A stretch of 24,040 bases of DNA from Candidatus Heimdallarchaeota archaeon. GTDB taxonomy: Archaea; Asgardarchaeota; Heimdallarchaeia; Heimdallarchaeales; Kariarchaeaceae. This document shows, piece after piece, positions 1 through 8,636 of the stretch. The notes below the pieces were generated by a model that was not told the DNA's origin, did not search any database, and saw only the letters and a list, made by a program, of their open reading frames with translations. The stretch lies in NCBI GenBank assembly GCA_015523565.1, contig WAKA01000155.1, positions 1-24,040 on the forward strand, written 5' to 3'. A program made the position numbers and the translations under genes. Position 1 is the stretch's first letter; the number at the start of each line of letters is the position of its first letter.

Positions 1-144
1 GAGGATATTGCGGTGTCATTTATGGAACAGGTATTACGTACTGTATCAAACGCAGGTCAAGGATACGATGAAATAAAGAATATTTCTGAAGATTATTTAA
101 ATGGAAACTATCAACTAGTTTTAACTCCCACAAATGTGAATTGA
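1..144 (+). CDS. 3' end of a hypothetical protein truncated by the window edge
   Basis: Frame 1 is open from base 1 (EDIAVSFMEQVLRTVSNAGQGYDEIKNISEDYLNGNYQLVLTPTNVN) to TGA at 142-144. It is followed by the promoter of the next gene. Confidence 0.55.
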   Translation, partial: EDIAVSFMEQVLRTVSNAGQGYDEIKNISEDYLNGNYQLVLTPTNVN

Positions 145-155
145 CAAAAAACAAT

Positions 156-169
156 AAGAAGATTTTAAA
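156..169 (+). promoter_or_regulatory. Putative BRE-TATA promoter of the ACT-domain gene
   Basis: Purine-rich AAGAAGA is followed by TTTTAAA (163-169), ending 22 nt before the ATG at 192. Confidence 0.5.
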
Positions 170-191
170 CAAATTGTAATCTAAAACACAT

Positions 192-881
192 ATGTCTTCA
201 ATTGCTGAAATAGCGAGAGAGCTAGTTAAAAGGAAACCTTTCCTTGAAGACGCTTTAACAAGGGGGATAATAAACTATAATGCACTTGCTGAGGAACTTC
301 TTCCACAAATACAGGAAATGGCTGGATCGAAAGAAGTAAAACTCACAACAGTGTCCATGGCATTAAGACGCTTGGGTGAACAACTAAATGCAAAGCATGT
401 TGTTCAAATTGAAAAAAAATTGAGAGATTTTGTAAGTTCTGATATGATTATCAAATATGATCTATTTGAAATTACTGTTCGTTTGGTTCCAAACATAAAT
501 CTTGCATCTTCTCTTTCGAAAATTTATGAACTAATTCCAGTTACCTCAAAATCATTTCTTTCAGTGACGCAAGGTAGCATGGAGGCAACAATCATCACTC
601 ACATACATTATAAAAGCCAAATTCTGGAAATTTTGAAACAATTTGAGATTATTTCAATAATTGATGATCTGGCGGCCTTAGTTATCCGAATTCCCGAAAA
701 TTCAACTGAAGTCCCTGGTTTGTTTTATTATTTCACTAAAGCCTTAAGCATGGATGGGATAAGTATAATCGAGTTAATCTCCACTTTTTCAGAAATGCAA
801 TTCATTGTAGACGAGGACGATGTTCCGAATGCTTCAAAAACTATTCGCCGTTTGCTCAAGAAGGTTGAGATTGACCAATGA
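192..881 (+). CDS. ACT-domain protein with a helical N-terminal domain (aspartate-kinase-regulatory-like); possible amino-acid-sensing regulator
   Basis: The N-terminus PFLEDALTRGIINYNALAEEL...VSMALRR and the C-terminal ACT module EVPGLFYYFTKALSMDGISIIELISTFSEMQFIV match the widespread archaeal/Bacteroidota ACT family. There is no kinase domain. Confidence 0.8.
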   Translation: MSSIAEIARELVKRKPFLEDALTRGIINYNALAEELLPQIQEMAGSKEVKLTTVSMALRRLGEQLNAKHVVQIEKKLRDFVSSDMIIKYDLFEITVRLVPNINLASSLSKIYELIPVTSKSFLSVTQGSMEATIITHIHYKSQILEILKQFEIISIIDDLAALVIRIPENSTEVPGLFYYFTKALSMDGISIIELISTFSEMQFIVDEDDVPNASKTIRRLLKKVEIDQ

Positions 882-930
882 TTATAACCTAAAAACTAGT
901 GTTCTTAAACCAATGAAATGAATTGAAGCA

Positions 931-2403
931 ATGGGTAAGGAAGATAAAACAAATGAAAAAGAGGATAAACCGATAGAAGAGCCAAAAGAAGAAAAAGTAG
1001 TTACATCTGGGACTGTTGAAATAAACGGTCAAGAAATTAAATATACTGCAACCACTGGAACCCTTATTATCCGTAAAGAGGATGAAAAGAAACAAGAGGA
1101 AGGACTTAAACCAAAAGCAACAATGTTTTATATTGCGTATACGCGTGATGATGTAGACCCTGAAAATCGTCCCTTGACCTTTTCATTCAATGGTGGACCA
1201 GGTTCTTCTTCTGTTTGGTTGCATCTTGGATTGCTTGGACCGAAACGAGTCATTGCAGAAGATGAAGGGAAGGCAGTTCCCCCTCCTTATAGACTTGTCC
1301 CTAATGAATATTCCTTGTTGGATGTCTCAGATCTCGTTTTCATTGATCCAATAAGTACTGGATATAGTCGGACAGTGAAAGGGGAAAAGCCAGATCAATT
1401 TCATGACTACAACAAAGACATTGAAAGTGTTGCAGAATTCATAAGACTCTACACCACTAGAGCTACACGATGGACTTCTCCAAAATTTCTGATAGGGGAG
1501 AGTTATGGGACTACACGTGCCGCTGGTCTTTCTGGTTATTTACAGGATAGATTTGGTTTCTATCTCAATGGCATTATGCTTGTTTCTAGTGTTCTTAATT
1601 TTCAAACGGCTCGTTTCATTCCAGGAAATGACCTTCCCCATTTACTATTTCTTCCAACATTTACAGCCACCGCATGGTACCATAAAAAATTGAAAGAAGA
1701 GTATCTTTCAGACTTGAGAGCAACGTTACGGAAGGTTGAGGATTTTGTCATGAAAGATTATGCCCTTGCCTTGCTAAAGGGCGATTCCCTGACAGAAAAA
1801 GAAAGACAACGGATAATTAGGAGGTTATCTGATTTCACTGGCTTAAGTAAGGAATATATTGACAGAACCAATTTAAGAATAAACATTCACCGTTTCACAA
1901 AGGAATTGCTGAGAACTGAGAAAAAAATCGTGGGTCGGTTAGATAGTCGCTTTATTGGAATTGATCGAGACGCCGCTGGTGAATTCAATACTTATGATCC
2001 TAGTTACGCTGCAATCCAAGGTCCTTACACTGCCACTTTCAATGATTATGTCCGACGTGATCTAGGTTACGAAAACGACATCAATTATGAAATTTTGGCA
2101 AATCTATGGATGACATGGAAATACGAAAAATTCCAGAATCAATTTCTAAATGTTGCAGAAACCCTAAGGGATGCAATGTCAAAAAATCCTTTTCTAAAGG
2201 TATTCGTTGCAAATGGCTATTACGATTTAGCTACACCTTATTTTGCTACAGAGTATACCTTTAATCACATGGGTCTAGATCCGTCTTTAAAGGACAATAT
2301 TAGAATGACTTATTATGAAGCTGGACACATGATGTATATGCACCCTCCATCATTAAAACAATTGAAGGCTGACCTAACAGCTTTCATCAATTGGGCAAAA
2401 TAA
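931..2403 (+). CDS. Serine carboxypeptidase, peptidase family S10 (bacterial type)
   Basis: FNGGPGSSS, FIDP.STGYS, nucleophile motif GESYG, Asp in YYDLATP and His in AGHMMY. Confidence 0.93.
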   Translation: MGKEDKTNEKEDKPIEEPKEEKVVTSGTVEINGQEIKYTATTGTLIIRKEDEKKQEEGLKPKATMFYIAYTRDDVDPENRPLTFSFNGGPGSSSVWLHLGLLGPKRVIAEDEGKAVPPPYRLVPNEYSLLDVSDLVFIDPISTGYSRTVKGEKPDQFHDYNKDIESVAEFIRLYTTRATRWTSPKFLIGESYGTTRAAGLSGYLQDRFGFYLNGIMLVSSVLNFQTARFIPGNDLPHLLFLPTFTATAWYHKKLKEEYLSDLRATLRKVEDFVMKDYALALLKGDSLTEKERQRIIRRLSDFTGLSKEYIDRTNLRINIHRFTKELLRTEKKIVGRLDSRFIGIDRDAAGEFNTYDPSYAAIQGPYTATFNDYVRRDLGYENDINYEILANLWMTWKYEKFQNQFLNVAETLRDAMSKNPFLKVFVANGYYDLATPYFATEYTFNHMGLDPSLKDNIRMTYYEAGHMMYMHPPSLKQLKADLTAFINWAK

Positions 2404-2491
2404 TAAAATTAATCTTTTTCAAGTTTGAAGTAATTTTTCCAAGTGATTAAGACTAATTATTTATTCCTTAAGTCAAGAATAACAATGTCCA

Positions 2492-3364
2492 ATGGTAAAA
2501 ACTATTGCAGTCCATTCTCATAAAGGTGGTACAGGAAAATCCATTATTGCAGTTAATATTGCCAGTTTATTGGCTGTCAAAGGTTATCGGGTTGTCTTAT
2601 TGGACATGGATTTGGCCGCGCCCACCTTGCAAACTTATTTTCCTTATGACCCCTCCAAAAGAACTTTGACTGAATATTTTTTAGGGGAGGATATTCCTCT
2701 TCAAGATCTTATTTATGATGTTTCCAATAAAATTCCTCTTAAAATTGAGGGGAAGCTGTTTGTAGGTTTATCAAGCATTGAGGGTGGTTTGATCTCAAAA
2801 ATTGACCAGCGAGGTAGAACTGCCCCCTTAAATGACCTTTACCGTTTAATTGGACTTGTCCGAAATAAGCTTGTTGAAAAACCATGGAATGTAGATTTCG
2901 TTGTATTGGATACCTCTCCTGGTGTTTCCATGGGGTCTATCAATAATGTTGCAGTTGCAGAGTATCTTTTTATCATACAGAAACTGATTAATGCAGATCT
3001 TGCTGGAACCGTTGAATTACTAAAAATTATCCATCAATCACTTCGCCCAAACACCGCCATTTTAGTAAATCAACTTCCAGAGAAGTTTCTTACACATGAA
3101 GGAATGAACATTCGTGAATTGGTTGAGGAAAAAGTCATCAAACCTTTGAACAGGCCAAACATATGGTTTGGCGGAGTAGTTATACACGATGAGCATTTGA
3201 TTGAACAAGAAATAGAATACGTCTATGAATCTATCAAACAGGACAAAGAAATGATTGGACGGGAGATTTATACCTTAAAATTTCCAGACTTACCATTTAG
3301 TAAATCAATAAAACAGGTGCTTGAAGCTTTTCTTAAAAAAGTAGAAGAAGAGGAGGGAAATTGA
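2492..3364 (+). CDS. MinD/ParA-family (SIMIBI) P-loop ATPase
   Basis: Deviant Walker A HSHKGGTGKS, switch I DMDLAAP, switch II LDTSPG and the ILVNQ strand. The C-terminus is acidic and has no membrane-targeting helix. Confidence 0.88.
   Translation: MVKTIAVHSHKGGTGKSIIAVNIASLLAVKGYRVVLLDMDLAAPTLQTYFPYDPSKRTLTEYFLGEDIPLQDLIYDVSNKIPLKIEGKLFVGLSSIEGGLISKIDQRGRTAPLNDLYRLIGLVRNKLVEKPWNVDFVVLDTSPGVSMGSINNVAVAEYLFIIQKLINADLAGTVELLKIIHQSLRPNTAILVNQLPEKFLTHEGMNIRELVEEKVIKPLNRPNIWFGGVVIHDEHLIEQEIEYVYESIKQDKEMIGREIYTLKFPDLPFSKSIKQVLEAFLKKVEEEEGN
3352..3356 (+). promoter_or_regulatory. Shine-Dalgarno-like GGAGG for the coupled longin gene
   Basis: GGAGG lies 8 nt upstream of TTG 3365, which directly follows the TGA stop of the ATPase. 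Confidence 0.55.
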
Positions 3365-3982
3365 TTGAAACTTCTCTCCCTCTACATAATCCATGAGGAT
3401 GGCAGATGTCTTTATGACGCAAATTTTGTCCCCAATCCTCCTCCAAGTCAATTGGTCACGGGATTACTTACAGCCATGCAAAATTTTGTCGAAGAAATGA
3501 CAGGTAGCTATGTTTCCCATTTTTCTGCGGCAGGCTACACATTTATCCAAAAACCAGTTGGTCCCATTTACATTGTAGTGGCAATATCTGATGAATTTCC
3601 GTTTGATCAACAGATTGAACTGACTGAACTTGGAATAAATTTCCTTAAACGGTATGGTGAATACTTGGAAAACTGGAATGGTGACATGTCCATGTTCTAC
3701 GAATTTGAGACAATCACAAGGGAAATTTTGAAAGTTGAAAAGATTAAAGAAAGAATTGACCCTCAAACCCCATTAAATGCGTTAACATTATTGGAACTTC
3801 CAGAAGAACTACAAGATGTTGCAAAATTCCTTTTGGAAAAAAAGGAGGTAATTCCAACAGAATATGCAAAATCTCGATCCATAAGTGTTGACAAATCCAT
3901 AGAACTTTTTGAAAGACTTGTGAAAAGAGGTAATATTGGCCGAATTTTAAAAGAGACTGAGCCCACTTACTTTATCATCTGA
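3365..3982 (+). CDS. Longin-like domain protein with a C-terminal winged-helix domain
   Basis: N-terminal longin pattern LYIIHEDGRCLY ... LVTGLLTAMQNFVEEM ... IYIVVAI ... LGINFLKRY. C-terminal wHTH pattern LLELPEELQDVAKFLL...PTEYAKSRSISVDKSIELFERLVKRGNI...PTYFI. TTG start. Confidence 0.7.
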   Translation: MKLLSLYIIHEDGRCLYDANFVPNPPPSQLVTGLLTAMQNFVEEMTGSYVSHFSAAGYTFIQKPVGPIYIVVAISDEFPFDQQIELTELGINFLKRYGEYLENWNGDMSMFYEFETITREILKVEKIKERIDPQTPLNALTLLELPEELQDVAKFLLEKKEVIPTEYAKSRSISVDKSIELFERLVKRGNIGRILKETEPTYFII

Positions 3983-4860
3983 GTTTTTTTGATGTAACTG
4001 GAAATAAAGAATTCTCCTGCCCTATATGAGGACCTCACAAGGGGTCCTGATGCAACATAAATGAAACCCAATTTTTCACCAATTTGCCTATATTGATCGA
4101 ACTTTTTTGGATGGATATATTCTTTCACCCGAAGTTGCCTCAATGTTGGTCGCATGTATTGACCTATCGTTAAAAAGTCAACTCCAACATTCCTTAAGTC
4201 TTTCATTGTCTCAATCACTTCCTCTTCTGTTTCTGACAGCCCAACCATGATGCTTGATTTTGTGAGAATGTTGTGATCTATCCTTTTGATGGATTTCAAA
4301 ACGTTCAACGATTGCTCATAACCTGCCCTTTTATCTCTGACTTTTTTCTGCAATCTTCTGACAGTTTCAATATTATGGGCGATGACTTGTGGTTTAGCTT
4401 GCACAATTTTTTTTAATGCATCAAGGTTTCCTTGAAAATCAGGAATCAATATTTCTATTAATAGTTCTGGATATGCATTTTTCAATGCCTCAATACAATT
4501 TGCAAGATGTCTTGCCCCTCCGTCTGCCAGATCATCCCTGTCAACTGATGTCAACACTATATATTTCAAATTAAGATTTTTAATCGAATCCACAAGTGCC
4601 TGAGGTTCATTTGGATTGAGTGGTTTTGGACTTGGTGATGTTTTCACAGCACAAAACCTGCATGCTCTCGTACATGTATCTCCCATCAACATAAATGTGG
4701 CAGTGCCTCCTGACCAACATTCTGTACGATTTGGGCATCTTGCTTCTTCACATACCGTGGCAACTCCTGACTTCTTGACAGTGGCATTTACGACACTTAG
4801 TCTTCGGGAGAATGTTTTCCCTCTATATTTCAACCAATGTGGAACTTCTAATTCAGCCAC
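3967..4860 (-). CDS. lipA: Lipoyl synthase (radical SAM)
   Basis: Auxiliary cluster motif CEEARCPNRTEC, radical SAM motif CTRACRFC, TSVDRDDL, HNIETV, TIGQY and C-terminal VRSSY. GTG start. Confidence 0.97.
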   Translation of the reverse strand: MAELEVPHWLKYRGKTFSRRLSVVNATVKKSGVATVCEEARCPNRTECWSGGTATFMLMGDTCTRACRFCAVKTSPSPKPLNPNEPQALVDSIKNLNLKYIVLTSVDRDDLADGGARHLANCIEALKNAYPELLIEILIPDFQGNLDALKKIVQAKPQVIAHNIETVRRLQKKVRDKRAGYEQSLNVLKSIKRIDHNILTKSSIMVGLSETEEEVIETMKDLRNVGVDFLTIGQYMRPTLRQLRVKEYIHPKKFDQYRQIGEKLGFIYVASGPLVRSSYRAGEFFISSYIKKTQMIK

Positions 4861-4986
4861 ACATTATACTTAATAGTGACTATAAAATCAATGAGGTATT
4901 CACCCGTATAGATTATTTTTTTGTGGAACCACAAATAACGAAGTCAATCCCGATAAATTTTTTAGGTATGAATATGATTTGTTCCT

Positions 4987-6681
4987 GTGCAGGAAGCCTT
5001 AAATGAATTACTTAGTCTTGGCGCCAGCCTTTCAAGCAAACTGTCCACAGGATTCCCTCTCATTTCAGCTCGAACCATGATAAAAAATAGGTATGGTGAG
5101 CTTGAAGAGGAAGTTTTGAAATTTTTGGATAACCCCAATTTTACGGCGAACGACAAATTGCAAAATCTGGTTAAATTAAATGAGTATTTTATTCAATTGA
5201 AAAAAGATTTAGCTGAATATGATCTTGGCTTGGAAGAAAGAAACCAAAAAATTTGGGATAGCATAATTCAAAAGATAGATACAACCAATTTCATTATCCA
5301 AGCGTCTCGTGTTCCTAACCTTCATAATTTGATCTCTGATATTTTTATTAGGGAATACGACATCACTGTTCTAGAGGATGTCAATCCCTTTTCAGAATCC
5401 AAAAAATGGTATGAAATTGTTAGCCAAGCAATGTGGCATGGCTCATTCAATTTAAAAATATTGTATCAATCTCCATTTTTTTCGAAAGAACAGTTTTCAC
5501 GTATTTTTGGACTATCTGTGTACTATTTCAAAAGTATTGACTCAATTTTTGATGATGATGAAATCAAAAAATTTCTTACCGATGCAAACTCCAATGAGAT
5601 AAGAGATGATTTAATTCGAGATTTAATGATATTTTATGTCAACATGATTTCTGGATTGGCATTTCTTCAATATAAGGTGGAATTCCTTGAATATGAAGAG
5701 TACCTTGGATATTGGGAATTTGATCTTGATGGGTTCAATTTTATTGGTGGACTGATATCTCGCTTTCAATCCATGAAAACCAGTCTCTCTACATTATTAC
5801 GTTCTGCAGGTATTACTGGGGATTGCATTGCCCTCTTGAAAGGAGAGCACAAGGCAGTCTATAATGAATTTAAAGATTTAGAGATGGTTGTTCTTTCTCA
5901 AAAGTTATTGAATTTACTGCATGAAATTTCTCCTCCTTATGCGGATCACAAAGGTATCATTGACCAAATGGATTCCGTCATGACAAAAATTGAAAAACTT
6001 ATTTCTGAAATTCCTGAAATAGTATTCAAAAGGGAAAATGTGAATGTTTATACCGTTTTGTTCTCATATATTTTAAGCATCATCAAGCAAATTGAATATC
6101 TCCCCTTCAAATCAAGCCAATTACAGGCTAAGTTGGAATGGGCTTCCAGGCTGATGCAAAATACACAAATAACCTCAATGAAATTTCCATTTTTCATTTC
6201 CCCAATTTTATTGAGCATCGATGCCAATTTGAAAAAAGGAGATTTGGGCTCTTTAGAAAATGATTTGATGTCATTGAAAAGTTTACATTCTGCCGAAGTC
6301 AAATTTGACCCTTATCCACACCTTTCAACTGAAATTCTTTTTAACATCCTTAAATTGGTCACCAACCACTCAAACTTAGATGATACCATTAACATGATTT
6401 TCCAAAATTATCTCAGTAATTCTGCATTTATTTCAAGCTCCAGATTGCTTGAACAAATCGAAAATTTCATTGACTACTTAAGGGAATACAAAAAATCCAT
6501 AGAGGAAAACCAAAAAAAGCCTATCCTGCCTCTTGAGTTAGAACAAATGAATACAGCTCTTCCATTGAATCATGTTTTCAGGCATATTCCAAGCTTGGAA
6601 TTTTATTCAATTAAAGGAAAATACATGGAACTGAAATATCCTATTTTTGGTGATCCTAGCTTTACAATATTTGATAAATAA
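4987..6681 (+). CDS. Hypothetical protein, probably all-alpha, 564 aa
   Basis: Long open frame with helical periodicity and no recognisable motif. GTG start, with an in-frame stop just upstream. Confidence 0.75.
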   Translation: MQEALNELLSLGASLSSKLSTGFPLISARTMIKNRYGELEEEVLKFLDNPNFTANDKLQNLVKLNEYFIQLKKDLAEYDLGLEERNQKIWDSIIQKIDTTNFIIQASRVPNLHNLISDIFIREYDITVLEDVNPFSESKKWYEIVSQAMWHGSFNLKILYQSPFFSKEQFSRIFGLSVYYFKSIDSIFDDDEIKKFLTDANSNEIRDDLIRDLMIFYVNMISGLAFLQYKVEFLEYEEYLGYWEFDLDGFNFIGGLISRFQSMKTSLSTLLRSAGITGDCIALLKGEHKAVYNEFKDLEMVVLSQKLLNLLHEISPPYADHKGIIDQMDSVMTKIEKLISEIPEIVFKRENVNVYTVLFSYILSIIKQIEYLPFKSSQLQAKLEWASRLMQNTQITSMKFPFFISPILLSIDANLKKGDLGSLENDLMSLKSLHSAEVKFDPYPHLSTEILFNILKLVTNHSNLDDTINMIFQNYLSNSAFISSSRLLEQIENFIDYLREYKKSIEENQKKPILPLELEQMNTALPLNHVFRHIPSLEFYSIKGKYMELKYPIFGDPSFTIFDK

Positions 6682-6682
6682 G

Positions 6683-7174
6683 CTATTTTTTTTCTATCAA
6701 GGTTTCCAATGCAAAAGGAGGGTCATTTGTCTCTTTGAATGTTTTCAAAACTACTAATGTCAAACTTGAGCTAATTCCTTCAACTGATTTCAAATCTCTA
6801 ATGACAAAATCACCCAGATTTGTAATGGTATCCGATCTGACTTTACATAAAATATCCCACTGCCCTGCGATGATATGAACTTCCTCAACCTGCGGTAGTG
6901 TTGCAATTTGTCTTGCCGCGTCCTCTTGAATGTAGTTGGTTTTGGTTTGGTCAAATGAAAGAAGCACAAATCCAATAATTCCTAAATTCAGCAGATTCAT
7001 GTCAATGTATGCTCCGAAACTCTTGATGATTCCTGAATTTTGTAGTTTCTTAATACGCGCATGAATTGTGCTTTTTGGATGCGAAAGCTTCTCTGACAAT
7101 ACTGCAAGAGGTTCTTGACTGTTCTCTCTTAAATGTTTCAAGATGCGAAAATCTAATTCATCTAACTTTATCAT
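6683..7174 (-). CDS. Lrp/AsnC family transcriptional regulator
   Basis: N-terminal HTH LDELDFRILKHL...STIHARIKKLQNSGIIKSF and RAM domain VEEVHIIAGQWDILCKV. Confidence 0.95.
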   Translation of the reverse strand: MIKLDELDFRILKHLRENSQEPLAVLSEKLSHPKSTIHARIKKLQNSGIIKSFGAYIDMNLLNLGIIGFVLLSFDQTKTNYIQEDAARQIATLPQVEEVHIIAGQWDILCKVRSDTITNLGDFVIRDLKSVEGISSSLTLVVLKTFKETNDPPFALETLIEKK

Positions 7175-7209
7175 CTAACATATCTTTTACAACCATAATT
7201 TAATAATGT

Positions 7210-7254
7210 TGGACAATTTCCATTTTTTTTCATTATCCGCCATTTTTTTTGGAT
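7210..7254. promoter_or_regulatory. Candidate Lrp operator region (semi-palindromes plus phased T-tracts)
   Basis: TGGA-CAATT-TCCA at 7210-7222, CCATTTTTTTT repeated at 7220 and 7240 (20-bp period), and ATCC-N12-GGAT at 7235-7254. It lies just upstream of the minus-strand TATA box (7196-7203) of the Lrp gene. Confidence 0.3.
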
Positions 7255-7325
7255 GTCTTTTAAACAAGGTTATAATTCATTTCATTTTTGGTATTCCAGA
7301 GGCAATCTAGAGACAAAGAGAAAAA

Positions 7326-8537
7326 TTGAAAGAATATGGATTTAAAATTGGCAATTCTTATTTTCACCAATTACATAATGACATAAGATTGACAAATCCG
7401 GTTATAGTTATTAGTGCATTTGAAAGACTTCACTCATTAAAGAGACTTTTAATCTCCCTCGAAAAAGCATTGGTTGCAATTACTCCAAAAATTTTTATTG
7501 TGGTGGGAAAGAAAGAGGATAACTTTCAAGTCATTCAGCATGCAAAAAAGTTTGTTGAGAAATTCAATAATGCAGAACTTATTCTACCATCTGAGAAAAT
7601 GTCTCTTGTTGAACAATATTATTTTGTTGGTGATAATTTTTCGAAAGAAGATTTTATTATCTTGGAAGATGATCTTTGGGTTTCAGATTCATTTTACCAC
7701 TTCGCATCTGAAGCTTTATCCCATTATTCACAAGATGAAAAGATTGCTGGTATATGTTTAAGCTCAATGTCTTTTAATGGTTATACAAAGTTTCCTTTTA
7801 TTCCGATTGATGATGGCACCGATGTTTATTATGCGCAAATTCCATTTTATCATGGACAGGCATTCACTTCTAAAATGTGGCATGGGTTCAAGAACTGGCT
7901 GGAAAGAAATGAGAATCCCAATTGGCAAACTCCACATTTGCCACATGTCTTCCGTTCATTTCCTCTTGATGAATATTTCCCTATTATGACACTTTATCTA
8001 ATTGAAAGCCAAAAATATTTTGTATTTCCTAGAATTTCCTATTCCGTTAATTTTGGGGATATTGGTCGACACTTTAACAAAACTACTTCCTTATTCCAAT
8101 TTCCTCTTGCTCACAAGCGAAATTCATTCAGTTTTGGAAAATTCTCCACATCTATTTCTGTTTATGATGTGTATCAAGAGCTTCTTCCAGAAATTTTTAA
8201 GAAAGAAAATCCTATGCTCAAAGATTTTGAATTCATTGTCGACATTAATGGTGGCAGGTCAGTCTCGGAATTGGATAACATCCCTGATGAAACATATCTG
8301 CTGACTACAAAACCGTGCAAAAACAAAGTGAACGGCTTTTCGAATCAAATGAAACCATTGGAAGAAAATGTGCTTTCTTCTATGAATGGTGAATTTATTA
8401 GTCTTTGCAGATATGGTAGTCTTTCCAGAAAGTTATGTGAGAGGAAACAAATTGCCAAACTTTCAAGCTATTTCTATCCTTACCATGGAATGGGTTATGC
8501 AAAGCGTCTTCTAAATCGGATAATCGCTGTGTTGTAA
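7326..8537 (+). CDS. GT-A fold glycosyltransferase (GT2-like)
   Basis: VIVISAFERLHSLKRLLISL, acidic motif IILEDDLWVS, IAGICL and FVFPRISYSVNFGDIGRHF. The start codon is uncertain (TTG). Confidence 0.78.
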   Translation: MKEYGFKIGNSYFHQLHNDIRLTNPVIVISAFERLHSLKRLLISLEKALVAITPKIFIVVGKKEDNFQVIQHAKKFVEKFNNAELILPSEKMSLVEQYYFVGDNFSKEDFIILEDDLWVSDSFYHFASEALSHYSQDEKIAGICLSSMSFNGYTKFPFIPIDDGTDVYYAQIPFYHGQAFTSKMWHGFKNWLERNENPNWQTPHLPHVFRSFPLDEYFPIMTLYLIESQKYFVFPRISYSVNFGDIGRHFNKTTSLFQFPLAHKRNSFSFGKFSTSISVYDVYQELLPEIFKKENPMLKDFEFIVDINGGRSVSELDNIPDETYLLTTKPCKNKVNGFSNQMKPLEENVLSSMNGEFISLCRYGSLSRKLCERKQIAKLSSYFYPYHGMGYAKRLLNRIIAVL

Positions 8538-8636
8538 ATTGTTTTTTTCGTTTTAATACATTATTGTCTCTAATTTTTTGGATAATTGCTGAGGTCAAAT
8601 TTCTAAATTCTTTTATTAAATATCAAATTTCGTTAT

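Noticed and set aside
192-881. Aspartate kinase annotation
   Set aside because: Only ACT-type regulatory modules are present. The amino-acid kinase domain (KFGG motif) is absent.
2492-3364. Calling the ATPase a true cell-division MinD or chromosome-partition ParA/SegA
   Set aside because: There is no membrane-targeting helix, no minC/minE/parB/segB and no obvious centromere-like repeat array nearby.
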